64,000 nt of DNA, from positions 31,722 to 95,721 of the forward strand of contig JAFGSF010000036.1 in NCBI GenBank assembly GCA_016934745.1. Direction: 5' to 3'. This DNA is from Candidatus Aminicenantes bacterium (GTDB lineage Bacteria > Acidobacteriota > Aminicenantia > UBA2199). The translations under genes were made by a program, and so were the position numbers. Positions 44,956-55,951 of this stretch are shown in pieces (the stretch's first letter is position 1; each line of letters begins with the position of its first letter). The notes under the pieces were generated by a model. The model saw only the letters and a list, made by a program, of their open reading frames with translations, searched no databases and was not told the DNA's origin.

Positions 44956-45321
44956 CTAGTCTTTAACCAGGAAATAGCCCATCAGCCATTGATCAGGCTG
45001 GATGACTTTAATACGAAAGTATTCGCCCCCTTTTAAAATTTCTTTTTTCAACCGATAGGGGAATTTCTTTCCCGGGCGGGGATTTGTTTTGACTATGGCC
45101 TGTTCTTCAAACAGCAGTTCCTGCTTGGAATTATATACGTTAAAAAATGGAACTGCATCTTTGAAAGTCAAAACGACTTCATAAAATCCCTCGGGATATT
45201 CTGTACCGGCATGAATATAGGCCCTGGGGAAGTTCATTGCGCCAAGATGGATATCCGGGTTTTGCGCCGAAAGCAGGAAGGTAACCAGCAGCAAGCCCAT
45301 TAGTATCAATTTTTTATTCAT
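44956..45321 (-). CDS. small secreted hypothetical protein
   Basis: 121 aa with signal peptide 'MNKKLILMGLLLVTFLLSAQN'. No recognisable domain. Confidence 0.5.
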   Translation of the reverse strand: MNKKLILMGLLLVTFLLSAQNPDIHLGAMNFPRAYIHAGTEYPEGFYEVVLTFKDAVPFFNVYNSKQELLFEEQAIVKTNPRPGKKFPYRLKKEILKGGEYFRIKVIQPDQWLMGYFLVKD

Positions 45322-45413
45322 TCTGATCTCTCCTGCCCAGCATTATAAGGGGAAAAAAAACATTTTGTCAAATAAAACTGAAGCCGGCGGATAAATCAAT
45401 TTTTGCAGAAATG

Positions 45414-45441
45414 AAAAGGGCCAAGTCTTTAACCTTGGCCC
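45414..45441 (-). terminator. rho-independent terminator candidate
   Basis: 8-bp stem gggccaag(45418-45425)/cttggccc(45434-45441) with an 8-nt loop. The minus-strand RNA continues UUUUCAU. Confidence 0.5.
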
Positions 45442-45480
45442 TCTTTATTGCCACTGGTGATTCGTGGAGAATCGGGTTTA

Positions 45481-46683
45481 CTAAAAAATATAGCGGAATC
45501 CTAGCAGCAGCTTGTGGTGGTGTTCAAAAGAACGATCTGCGGTGATTACCGGAGCACGCAGTTCGCCAAAGACCGAACCAATCGACGTGTTCGCCTTGAA
45601 AAGATTGATCCCGATTTCACCGACCAGGTCGATGCCGCCCTTGCGCGTTTCACGCTCCGCGGTGCTGAATCCCAAACCGGCTCCCAGATAGGCCGGCCCG
45701 GCATGAAGGTTCAGCAAGGCATTGCCCATTAAAAAAGATTTCCAGGGTGCGCCTTTGACCGGAATACCGCCGCCAACACTCAGGACAAAATCCAGAGTAT
45801 CCAGGACAATATTGTATTGCAGGCCGACTCGGGCCCAAAACATGCCCGTGTATGTTCCTTTCAACAGTCCGGGGCCACCTTCGACCAAAAAGGACAAGGG
45901 CTTCTGGGTACCGTATTTGCCCATGCCGGCGCGGGTCGTGCTGACAATCGGAACCGGTACGGCTTCGGTGACTTTGAGGGTCAGTTCGCAAGGGTTGGTG
46001 GATTTCACGGCATAGTGCCCTTCACCAACTCCGGCCACCGTGTATTCGCCGACCTGGTCAATGACGATCTCGGTGGCACAGTCTTCCGCCGTCAGCTCGA
46101 TGGTTTTTACCACTGCACCGGTGGCATCTTTGACTTCCACGACGGATTTCACAGTATTTTGTGAGTCGCACATGTCGATTTTTACGGGCTTGCCTACTTC
46201 CGTTTCAATCGGCGTCACATTCAGGACGCAAACCGGAGCCGGGACTTCCTTGGTATTTTTCAACGAAATGTTCCCGCAAATTTTTGGGACGATAAATTCG
46301 TACGTTTTTCCTTCCCGAAAAATTATAAACGTGTAAGCGGGAACCGGTTTTTTTCCGTCATAAATGACTTCTTTCTTGACTTTGACTTTCCGACCTTCTT
46401 TGAAAAACATCCACTCCAGGGTGTCGCCCGGATTCAATTCGGTCATCTGGACATCGGCTTGCTGGATTTGTTCCAGAAAAGCGAAAACCAATTCGCCGTT
46501 TCCGGCTTCTTCAAATCCCATTTTGACATCACCCGCTTTTTCAATTGCGATGACCTTCAGGTCTTCGGGCTGGATATCCTTGTCTTTATAAAAAGGATGC
46601 TGCCCCAGGCGGGTTACCTTTTCTGCAGCCGGGATGGAAAGGATAAAACAAAAAATCAGCCCGAACAGAAACAACTTTTTCAT
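45481..46683 (-). CDS. secreted hypothetical protein with C-terminal beta-barrel-like domain
   Basis: 400 aa. Signal peptide 'MKKLFLFGLIFCFILSIPAAE', a Cys-containing middle beta-rich region, and a Gly-rich amphipathic C-terminal ~150 aa ending 'LLLGFRYIF'. Confidence 0.55.
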   Translation of the reverse strand: MKKLFLFGLIFCFILSIPAAEKVTRLGQHPFYKDKDIQPEDLKVIAIEKAGDVKMGFEEAGNGELVFAFLEQIQQADVQMTELNPGDTLEWMFFKEGRKVKVKKEVIYDGKKPVPAYTFIIFREGKTYEFIVPKICGNISLKNTKEVPAPVCVLNVTPIETEVGKPVKIDMCDSQNTVKSVVEVKDATGAVVKTIELTAEDCATEIVIDQVGEYTVAGVGEGHYAVKSTNPCELTLKVTEAVPVPIVSTTRAGMGKYGTQKPLSFLVEGGPGLLKGTYTGMFWARVGLQYNIVLDTLDFVLSVGGGIPVKGAPWKSFLMGNALLNLHAGPAYLGAGLGFSTAERETRKGGIDLVGEIGINLFKANTSIGSVFGELRAPVITADRSFEHHHKLLLGFRYIF

Positions 46684-46765
46684 TGTAAATTCCTCCTCAA
46701 TCTGTAAAATTCGTTAGCACTTAGAAAATTTATATGCCTATTAAAATGAAAAGTCAAGTGTAAAA

Positions 46766-47296
46766 TTACTTTTCGATTCCGGTTCGGGCCTGAACGTTTT
46801 TCTGGTAATAATGGCGTATTTCCTGCATGTCGGTGATTAAATCCGCATGCGCCAATACTTCCGTTGGAGCGTAGCGCCCGGTCAGGATCATTTCCAGTGC
46901 CCGGGGCTTTTCAGTTAAAAGCTGCAGTACCGGTTTCACGGCAATGATTTTAAAATGGAGCAGGGTGTTGATCTCATCAAGAACCAGAATCCGGTATGCG
47001 CCGCTGTTCATGGCATTCCGGGCCGCATCCAGGCCGGCTTCGGCCGCTTCCCTTTCAACACTGAGGACTCCGTTTTCCTGGTGATGAAATTCGGGCAACC
47101 CGAACTGCTCGATGGTAATCAATTTCGGCATAAAACGTTTGACCGCCAGCAATTCGCCATATTCTCCTTTTTTTAAAAATTGTGCGATGTATGTTCTCAT
47201 GCCCCGGCCGGCCGCCCGCAAGGCCAAACCCAGGGCGGCGGTTGTTTTGCCCTTGCCGTTGCCGGTATAGACCTGGATGTAGCCATGCTCAATCAT
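46766..47296 (-). CDS. cobO: cob(I)yrinic acid a,c-diamide adenosyltransferase
   Basis: 'VYTGNGKGKTTAALGLALRAAGRGM' P-loop and 'LVLDEINTLL', 176 aa. Confidence 0.85.
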   Translation of the reverse strand: MIEHGYIQVYTGNGKGKTTAALGLALRAAGRGMRTYIAQFLKKGEYGELLAVKRFMPKLITIEQFGLPEFHHQENGVLSVEREAAEAGLDAARNAMNSGAYRILVLDEINTLLHFKIIAVKPVLQLLTEKPRALEMILTGRYAPTEVLAHADLITDMQEIRHYYQKNVQARTGIEK

Positions 47297-47303
47297 GACC
47301 GCC

Positions 47304-50300
47304 TCAATTCATTTTCATGGAATACAATTTCGAAACACCCGGTTCATCCATGCTGATGCCGTAAATATAATCGGCTTCCTCCATGGTCTTGAAGTTATGG
47401 GTAATGATGACAAACTGGGTTTTTTTCTTCAGTTGGTGCAGGAATTTTAAAAACCTTTGAATATTGGCTTCATCGAGCGAAGCGTCCACTTCGTCAAAAA
47501 CGCAAAAAGGCGACGGTTTATATTCAAAAAGGGCGAAAAGAAAGGCCAGTGAAGTCAGTGTTTTTTCTCCCCCGGAAAGCAAACGCATACTTTGCAGCCT
47601 TTTGCCTGGAGGTTGGACCTGGATTTCAAGGCCGGTTTCCAGCACATTGTTGTTATCGGTCAGCAGCAACTCTCCCTCGCCGCCTTCGAAAAGGATCTTG
47701 AAATTCCTGACGAAATTACCCTTGATGGCTTCAAAAGCCTTGAGAAAACTGCTACGCGACTCATCGTCTATGCGGGTGATGGCTGTATTCATGTCGAGGA
47801 TGGATTTGACAATATCGTCTTTCTGCGTCTGCAGGAAATTGAAATCCTTTTCCAATATATCATATTCCGCTTCGGCTGAAAAATTCAGACGGTCACTTTC
47901 GCGCATGCGGTTCAACTTGTTGACCATGTCGTTCAATTGAGTGTCAAGTTCAGCGGTTTTCCCCTGCAACAGGGTGGCATCGGCCTCGATGTCCTTCAGT
48001 TCCATGCCCAATTCCTGGTTGGCGATTTCTTCCAGCTGGAAGAGGTCCTTTTTTATTGCCGCCAAACTGATCTCGCTTTCTTTTTTATTCTCACGCCAGG
48101 CTTCCAGGGCTTTTCTTTTTGCCGTTAGGTCGGCGGAAATTTTCTTGGCTTGTCCGTTTACCTCGTCCAGAGTCAATTCGTCATTTTTTAGTGATTTTTC
48201 CAGATCGCTTTTTTCCTTTTGCAAGTTCTTGCCGACGGCTTTGGTCTCCTTGATTTTGGTCACGCATTGGGCTATTTCGTCTTCCAGACGTTTGGTTTCT
48301 TCCTCGGCGCCGTGAATTTGCTGCCGCCGTTTTTCCAGCCGGACCTGTATTTCCTGCAGCGAATTTTTTCGTGAATTCATTTTTTCATGAATCAGGTTCA
48401 AGGTATTGTCGTGGTGGATTTTTTCTTTTTCCTTTTCATTGATTTGCTGGAGCAGCTTCCCGCTTTCCCGGTCGAATTCTTCTTTTTCCCTCTCCAGATT
48501 TTCATTCTGTTTGTCCAGGGTGGCTTTGTTTTTCTCAAGACCACTGAGGCGCTCACTGAGTTTTTTCATCTCGATGCGCAGCCCGTCGATTTCGCTGCCG
48601 GTGATCTGGATGCGGTTCAAACTCAGGTCACGATTTTTTTTCAGCGCCTCCAGACGTGAGTGCAGGGAAATGCTTTGCTCTTTATGCGCGAGCCATGCGT
48701 CTTCAGCCTTTTTTAGCCGCTCGGCTTTTTCTCCTTTCTGTCTGGAAATCAGTTCAAGGTTCTCTTTGATCCCCGCCAGCTCCCTGTTGAGCGTGATAAT
48801 TTTATTATCAATTGCCTTGATCTCATCCAGCACTTCCAGAATTCCCCGTTCACGGTTTTTGATCAGCACTCCGTTGGTGCCGATCACTTCACCCTGTTCG
48901 GTGACAATGTCCACCCCGTATTGGGAGAAAATAGCCAAACCATTCTTCAGAGTGTCTACCAGCACGCCATCTCGGAAAAATTTTTTTATCTGCTTATCTT
49001 CCAACTCATAAAGATTTTTTACAAAATCCCTGAACCCGGTTGCCTGGCGTATGGCTTCGGGCAATTTTGCGGCGGCGGCACGCTTCAGAAAAGCCTTGCG
49101 TAAGTCCGGCTGCAAGGCCGATTCGCTGTCAACGATAATTGGCGCGTCCAGCTCATCGAAATAAAAGCTTTCCAAGACAGCGTGCAAATTTTTGGGGGCC
49201 ACCAGGAGTTCCTGCAGAAAATCACTTTTTTTGCCTGCGAACGGTTTGCCTTGTTTTCCAGTGATTTTTTGTTTGATTTCCTGGTATTTTACCTTCTGGC
49301 GGCCGAGATTGCTGATCTCATTCATGGCATCGTGCAGTTGCTTTTCCGCGGCCTCGTAATCAGCCTGCGTATTTTTGTATTCAGCGGTGACAACGGCGGC
49401 TTCCTGCTCGCGTAGACGCAGCTCTTGGGACAGTGCCGCGACCGCTTTTTCGATCTGGGCGATTTCCGGATTCTGGCTCTGGGTCTCAAGTTCCCGGATA
49501 ATATGTTCGCGGTTGCCGATATCCGCTTCAAGGCGCATCAGGTTTTTTTCCAATTGGGCGGATTCATTGCGGTTGCGGGAGATCTCTACCTGCAGGTTGA
49601 ACATCGATTTTTTAAGATGTCCGTCCTGAACATTTCGATCGGCGACTTCTTTTTTGAGATCGGCAATGGCCAGTTCCAATCCCTGGTTGCAGCCATCCTG
49701 CTCGGATAATTGCCTGTTGTAAACGGCCATTTCCGCGACCAGGGTTTTGTCCTGACTGCCGATCTCCTTTATCTCGGTATGGCTTTCCGCTATCAATTTC
49801 TGCAATTCCTCGATTCTTTGTTTCAGGAAATCCTGGCGCTGCTGGGATTTTTCGATTTCCTTGCTGCCGTTTAACATGGCATTGTTGTGGTCGAAAATCA
49901 GTTGTTGGTTTTTTTTAAGGTTCTGATCCAGATTCCAGCGTTTTGTTTCCAGGTCGAGCAAGTTCTTGTCGAAAGCGGCGATTTCCTTGACCAAAGCCGC
50001 TTCACCGTTCAAAAATTCGACGATTTTTCCGCCTTGGCGGTCAAAGTCCTCCTTGAAAGACAAGTACTTTTTTTTCAACAGGGCTTTCAGGAAATCGTTT
50101 TTAGAATTCTTGATTTCACGGTAACGACGGGCGAAATGGACCTGGTTTTTCAACTCCCGCAGCCGGTTGTTCTTTTCCTGCAAGACCAACTCCAAACTAT
50201 CCAGGTTTTGCTGGGCGATGATCAACTTGCCGGTTGTTTCCTTTTTTCTTTCCAGGTACTGGGCAATGCCCGCTGCTTCTTCTATCAGGATGCGCCTCTC

Positions 50301-50750
50301 GCTGGGTTTGAGATTTATCATTTTTTCGACGCTGCCCTGTTCGAAGATGAAATAGTTGCGTTCACCAATGCCCAGATCGAACAGAGTGTCCTGGACATCC
50401 TTGTTGCGGCAGAATTTTTCATTCAGGATGTATTTGCCTTCACCGGAGCGGAAAAACCGCCGGGCCACATATGTCTCTGAATCCTGATTAGTGAAATAGG
50501 CTCCGACCTCGGTCATGCCCAGTGGTTTTTTTGAGGAACTGCCGGTAAAGATCAGGTCTTCATTGTTTTCGCCGCGCAGGTTCTTGATGCGCTGTTCTCC
50601 CAGGACCCATAAAATGGCATCGACCAGGTTGCTTTTGCCGCAGCCGTTGGGCCCGATCAAGGCCGTAATGCCCTGGTGAAACTTGATAACGGTCTTCTCC
50701 GGAAATGATTTAAAGCCGTGCAATTCTATTTTTTTCAGATAGATGCTCAT
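47304..50750 (-). CDS. smc: chromosome segregation protein SMC
   Basis: 'IELHGFKSFPEKT...IGPNGCGKSNLVDAILWVLGEQ', long coiled coils, a hinge, and the C-terminal 'LSGGEKTLTSLAFLFAL...FCVFDEVDASLD'. Start at ATG 50750 ('MSIYLKK'). Confidence 0.95.
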   Translation of the reverse strand: MSIYLKKIELHGFKSFPEKTVIKFHQGITALIGPNGCGKSNLVDAILWVLGEQRIKNLRGENNEDLIFTGSSSKKPLGMTEVGAYFTNQDSETYVARRFFRSGEGKYILNEKFCRNKDVQDTLFDLGIGERNYFIFEQGSVEKMINLKPSERRILIEEAAGIAQYLERKKETTGKLIIAQQNLDSLELVLQEKNNRLRELKNQVHFARRYREIKNSKNDFLKALLKKKYLSFKEDFDRQGGKIVEFLNGEAALVKEIAAFDKNLLDLETKRWNLDQNLKKNQQLIFDHNNAMLNGSKEIEKSQQRQDFLKQRIEELQKLIAESHTEIKEIGSQDKTLVAEMAVYNRQLSEQDGCNQGLELAIADLKKEVADRNVQDGHLKKSMFNLQVEISRNRNESAQLEKNLMRLEADIGNREHIIRELETQSQNPEIAQIEKAVAALSQELRLREQEAAVVTAEYKNTQADYEAAEKQLHDAMNEISNLGRQKVKYQEIKQKITGKQGKPFAGKKSDFLQELLVAPKNLHAVLESFYFDELDAPIIVDSESALQPDLRKAFLKRAAAAKLPEAIRQATGFRDFVKNLYELEDKQIKKFFRDGVLVDTLKNGLAIFSQYGVDIVTEQGEVIGTNGVLIKNRERGILEVLDEIKAIDNKIITLNRELAGIKENLELISRQKGEKAERLKKAEDAWLAHKEQSISLHSRLEALKKNRDLSLNRIQITGSEIDGLRIEMKKLSERLSGLEKNKATLDKQNENLEREKEEFDRESGKLLQQINEKEKEKIHHDNTLNLIHEKMNSRKNSLQEIQVRLEKRRQQIHGAEEETKRLEDEIAQCVTKIKETKAVGKNLQKEKSDLEKSLKNDELTLDEVNGQAKKISADLTAKRKALEAWRENKKESEISLAAIKKDLFQLEEIANQELGMELKDIEADATLLQGKTAELDTQLNDMVNKLNRMRESDRLNFSAEAEYDILEKDFNFLQTQKDDIVKSILDMNTAITRIDDESRSSFLKAFEAIKGNFVRNFKILFEGGEGELLLTDNNNVLETGLEIQVQPPGKRLQSMRLLSGGEKTLTSLAFLFALFEYKPSPFCVFDEVDASLDEANIQRFLKFLHQLKKKTQFVIITHNFKTMEEADYIYGISMDEPGVSKLYSMKMN

Positions 50751-50884
50751 GATTCCGTCCGAGCCGGGCCTGCCGGCCGTTACCAAGATACCACAACTCC
50801 TCCGGTTTGTAAATTTGCCTTATTGAGAAGTGGCTGCGCCTTTTTGCGGTGAAGCGGATGCTGTGAACGGTGTCAGCCTCCTGC

Positions 50885-51535
50885 TTATTCGACGGCGCGC
50901 TGCGCCTGGCCGCCGAAAATGAAACTGTGGTTCATATGGCCGCGTTCATCGAGCCCGATACGCCTGAAGACGTCGGCCCAGTTTTTCAGGTCGGCGTAGG
51001 CCTTAACCAGTTCATTGCCAAGCGGCTGCCGTTCCCATTCGGGATGTTCCTGGACAAAACGTGCATAGACATGTTCGGCGTGATCTTCGAACTCGGCGTT
51101 GAACAGGAAAGCCCGGCGCAGACTGATCCGGGCCAGTAGCCGTGAAAACAATCCATAGAAGCCGGTGGCCAGAAAAGTGATTGGCGCGGATAGATACCAC
51201 GGATCAGGGCAATCATCCTCCTTCATTTTTTCGTGGAGAATCCGCAGGTGCCAAAGCTCATTGTCCTGGGCGGCACGGCTCCAGGCGATTATTTCCTGGG
51301 CTTTTTGGACTGTCGCGTGAAGGCGATAGCGTCGGGTCAACCGTCTGTACAGGTGAAATTCCCAGGCACGGTAGGGAATGCCGGCCATCATCTCGATCAG
51401 CTTGGCCTTGGCCAGGGTCGTTTTACTTCCGGCCAGCAGGTTCATGGAGAGGAAAAACAGCTTCGCCGTCATCGAGTACTTGCCATGCGCCCTGGCCAGC
51501 GTGGCTTGTTGTTCATTTTTCAGTTCCAAGTTCAT
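50885..51535 (-). CDS. alternative-oxidase-like di-iron carboxylate protein
   Basis: Four-helix pattern with 'LIEMMAGIPYRAW', 'QDNELWHL' (ExxH), 'FNAEFEDHAEHVY' and 'LDERGHMNH' (ExxH). This mirrors the AOX/PTOX iron-ligand motifs LET..VP, NERMHL, LEEEA and DE..H. Confidence 0.6.
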   Translation of the reverse strand: MNLELKNEQQATLARAHGKYSMTAKLFFLSMNLLAGSKTTLAKAKLIEMMAGIPYRAWEFHLYRRLTRRYRLHATVQKAQEIIAWSRAAQDNELWHLRILHEKMKEDDCPDPWYLSAPITFLATGFYGLFSRLLARISLRRAFLFNAEFEDHAEHVYARFVQEHPEWERQPLGNELVKAYADLKNWADVFRRIGLDERGHMNHSFIFGGQAQRAVE

Positions 51536-51578
51536 TCTGCCTCCATGCATTGCCGCTGTCCGGTTTGGATCGCCCTGA

Positions 51579-52631
51579 TCAGCGGGCTTCCATTTGCACT
51601 GTCAACGTTTTCCATTCATTTTGATCCGGATAGCGGTTCGGGTCCTTCAGGCGTCGCAACAGGAGCAGCGATGCATGGGCACCGGGAGACAGGCTGTCCA
51701 GCAGCAGGGAAAAATGGGAGAAGTTTTTCACCTTGCTGCCGTTGCATTCCAGAACGATGTCCAATGGACTGATTCCGGCCCGGTCGGCGGGTCCGGCGAT
51801 GGCCACCATCGTGATCAAGACACTTTCAGCGCGAGCCATTCCCGAATCCGCGGCCTGGGCGGGTGTCACGTTGTCCCACATCAGCCCGAAACGGGAAAAA
51901 GGAATGCTCAAGCCGCGCTGGCTGAGGGCCGATGCCAGGGCATTGATGAAATTACGGGCCGAATCTTCGGTTCTGAAAAAAAAGTCGTACCGCGAACCGG
52001 CATACATGTTCACGTTCCAGTTCCTGCCTTCGGGCACTTTGGGAAAATGCTTCCGCAAATCGGGCCAGAAGCGCAATTCCAGGCTGCGTACGGAATTTAT
52101 GGGGATGAAGCTGAAAGACGAACCTCGGTACTGATTCAGGTACCCGGTGCGCCATTCGGCTTCGATCCGGATGTCGTCAGCTTTTGCCGGCTGGTCTTTA
52201 TGTTTTTTTCTTTCGCCGGTTTTACCCTTTGTGAAACGGATGTTCTTGGCCAAAAAAACGGTGCTATTGTAATCGGGATCCAGAAACGCCATCTCTTCAT
52301 CTATGGCATTTTTAAAGGCGACGTTGATCTGATCGGGGATTAGATTGACTTGTGGATCGACCCAGTACCAAATTCTGCGGCTAGGCTGCGGCCAGATCGT
52401 TTGCTCCATATCCTGGGACCAGGACCGATTTACTGTCATCCAGGTGCATAATATGACGGTGATTGCCATAAGCCTCCATGCCGGCTTAGAGTTCTGTTCT
52501 TCCCGTCCGGCATGGATAACCGGCAGCTGTTTATGTTGCCCTGTCACTTTTTTTCTCCACTCAATCATGTAGTCAATAGTTTTTTGAAAAATTTTACTGG
52601 TGTCCATGATGGCTACGATCACGCGGCGCAA
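51579..52631 (-). CDS. PDZ-domain protein (N-terminal region of unknown function)
   Basis: C-terminal 'ITMVAIAGPADRAGISPLDIVLECNGSKVKNFSHFSLLLDSLSPGAHASLLLLR' is PDZ-like. The start is uncertain: several in-frame Met, and it overlaps the upstream gene. Confidence 0.6.
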   Translation of the reverse strand: MRRVIVAIMDTSKIFQKTIDYMIEWRKKVTGQHKQLPVIHAGREEQNSKPAWRLMAITVILCTWMTVNRSWSQDMEQTIWPQPSRRIWYWVDPQVNLIPDQINVAFKNAIDEEMAFLDPDYNSTVFLAKNIRFTKGKTGERKKHKDQPAKADDIRIEAEWRTGYLNQYRGSSFSFIPINSVRSLELRFWPDLRKHFPKVPEGRNWNVNMYAGSRYDFFFRTEDSARNFINALASALSQRGLSIPFSRFGLMWDNVTPAQAADSGMARAESVLITMVAIAGPADRAGISPLDIVLECNGSKVKNFSHFSLLLDSLSPGAHASLLLLRRLKDPNRYPDQNEWKTLTVQMEAR

Positions 52632-52890
52632 TGATTTTTATATCTTTTATGCTGCTTCGCGATTTGACGATGATATCGCTGACTGCCAGGATAATCCCGG
52701 CACCCAGCAAACTGAAACCAAGCACCCTGCTGTTGCCGAAAAAAATTCCCGCTACAATGAAAGCTGATGCGAGCCCGGCCAATGGCGAGAGCGTTTTGAC
52801 TTTTTTATAACGGCTGCCCAGTAGGAACATCCCGGCCATGAGCAATAAAACCAACAGCGAGAAGATGATGTATATATTCGCTACAGTCAT
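52594..52890 (-). CDS. small three-helix membrane protein
   Basis: From ATG 52890 ('MTVANIYIIFSLLVLLLMAGMF...'). Hydrophobic, no recognisable domain. Confidence 0.4.
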   Translation of the reverse strand: MTVANIYIIFSLLVLLLMAGMFLLGSRYKKVKTLSPLAGLASAFIVAGIFFGNSRVLGFSLLGAGIILAVSDIIVKSRSSIKDIKIIAPRDRSHHGHQ

Positions 52891-53110
52891 GATATTTCCA
52901 TGATTCAAATTATACAAAACAAACCTTTTTTTTAATAGCCCTGCGGGCATGGCGGATTAGGGAAATCCGTAGGCCGCCGGCCAATATGCTTTTTAGCGAC
53001 CCCAAGGCAATAAAAAAGTCTTTCTGAATCTTGTCGGGTTCATATCCCGGGCTTGCGACGGCTGCCCGTGGTGACAAAATTCCGGAATTGTCGTAGAATG
53101 ATTCGGGAGA

Positions 53111-54859
<1,749 letters not shown>

Positions 54860-55018
54860 ATTGGCCGGAACCGGTCATGCCCCATTCTATTTTGCTTTTT
54901 TCTTAAAAAATAGTAGGCGACCGTGTACTTCAGTCAAGCGATTCAGGCTTAATCGTTCAATTTTATTTCGGCTTGAAAAGACTTTTTTTCAACAAGCCGT
55001 CTCGCTCATCCGGTAGAT

Positions 55019-55061
55019 AAAAAAAAGAGGCGCGGTCCGGATCCAGTATCCGCCGCGCCTC
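55019..55061 (-). terminator. rho-independent terminator after the DUF6429-like gene
   Basis: 9-bp GC-rich stem gaggcgcgg(55027-55035)/ccgcgcctc(55053-55061). Eight A on the plus strand (55019-55026) give a U8 tail on the minus-strand RNA. Confidence 0.75.
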
Positions 55062-55087
55062 CAGAAAGAAGGTAGATGATAGGTAGC

Positions 55088-55327
55088 TTAAGGGAGATAT
55101 TGGGCTTTGAGTTTTTCGGCCAGATGCTTGCCCGCTTCGGTGACAAGGACCAGTTTTTTGTCCTTGATTTGGACAATCATTTTTTCATCGTGAAGCTTGT
55201 TCAGTATTTTGAAACTATAGCCGTTCCAGGTGCAGAAGACCTTTTCGCCCGGATTATTGCGTGAGTCCTCTTCCCATCCTGTCAGGTAAAGCAGCAGTAG
55301 ATTGAGTTCCTTGAGTTTTTCTTCCAT
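55088..55327 (-). CDS. DUF6429-like small protein (winged-helix-like)
   Basis: 79 aa. 'LNLLLLYLTGWEE...CTWNGYSFKILNKLHDEKMIV...LVLVTEAGKHLAEKL' matches the pattern I associate with DUF6429 (LLxL..W.E....AWKGxDxDxLxxLxEKGLI...xLTEEG). Confidence 0.5.
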   Translation of the reverse strand: MEEKLKELNLLLLYLTGWEEDSRNNPGEKVFCTWNGYSFKILNKLHDEKMIVQIKDKKLVLVTEAGKHLAEKLKAQYLP

Positions 55328-55344
55328 GATTTTCTCCTTTTGGA

Positions 55345-55372
55345 GGGGGGGCTTGCGCCCCCCCGCTTTTTT
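55345..55372 (+). terminator. GC-only hairpin with a T6 tail, oriented for plus-strand transcription
   Basis: Stem ggggggGc(55345-55352)/gCcccccc(55357-55364) with tetraloop ttgc, followed by gc-tttttt (55367-55372). On the minus strand no U-tract follows the hairpin. Confidence 0.5.
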
Positions 55373-55670
55373 AAATGGTGATCAGCGGCTGCAGCTTGGC
55401 AAATATCTTTTCGCCGATGCCTTTAACCTTCATCAGGTCCTGGGGGCGTTTGAAATTGCCGTTGCTTTTCCTGAACTCCAGGATCCGCAGCGCCATCTTG
55501 GGCCCGACCTGCGGCAGTTTTTCCAATTGGCCGGCATTAGCGGTGTTGATGTTGACCCGCTTGTCGCCAGCTGTGGGCGCCTGATTTTCAGCCGCATTGA
55601 GCGACACGGTGGAAACTGCGACCATCACCAGGATGACCAGCAGGGTGAAAAGTTTTTTTGTTTTTGTCAT
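55371..55670 (-). CDS. comEA: ComEA-like helix-hairpin-helix DNA-binding protein
   Basis: Signal/anchor 'MTKTKKLFTLLVILVMVAVSTVSLNA', then 'VNINTANAGQLEKLPQVGPKMALRILEFRKSNGNFKRPQDLMKVKGIGEKIFAKL'. SD GGAGG lies before ATG 55670. Confidence 0.8.
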   Translation of the reverse strand: MTKTKKLFTLLVILVMVAVSTVSLNAAENQAPTAGDKRVNINTANAGQLEKLPQVGPKMALRILEFRKSNGNFKRPQDLMKVKGIGEKIFAKLQPLITI

Positions 55671-55908
55671 GTTGACCTCCTGCTCCGGGGTAATCAGCTT
55701 TGCTGCCAAGTGGAAAAGGCCGGCCGGGAAACAATGCAAGTAGCCCATATCAAAAGATAAAACAATCTGTCGTCATTTCATCGCCCTGAGCGGCACGTAA
55801 ATGAATCTTTACATTTTTTCCGCCTTTGTAAATAAAAGTTTACTTTGCTCGGGATGGAAGAAAGCTGGAAAACTTGATTGGACGCTGTTTTCAATTCATT
55901 GCCCCACT

Positions 55909-55924
55909 TGGCAGAGAATATGAA
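55909..55924 (+). promoter_or_regulatory. possible degenerate sigma54 -24/-12 element of the minor-pseudopilin operon
   Basis: tTGGCAG-agaat-ATGAA has the same -24 hexamer and spacing as the two pilin promoters, but the -12 element is TGA instead of TGC. It lies 30 nt upstream of ATG 55952. Confidence 0.35.
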
Positions 55925-55951
55925 ACACATGGATCGGACCAGGAGGGAAAA

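Noticed and set aside
47464-50480. Several long plus-strand ORFs (for example 48406-49011 at 201 aa and 49887-50480 at 197 aa) inside the smc region.
   Set aside because: They are antisense shadows of the Glu/Lys/Leu-rich coiled-coil codons of SMC. Their products are Ser/Phe/Leu low-complexity strings, and SMC is continuous and complete on the minus strand.
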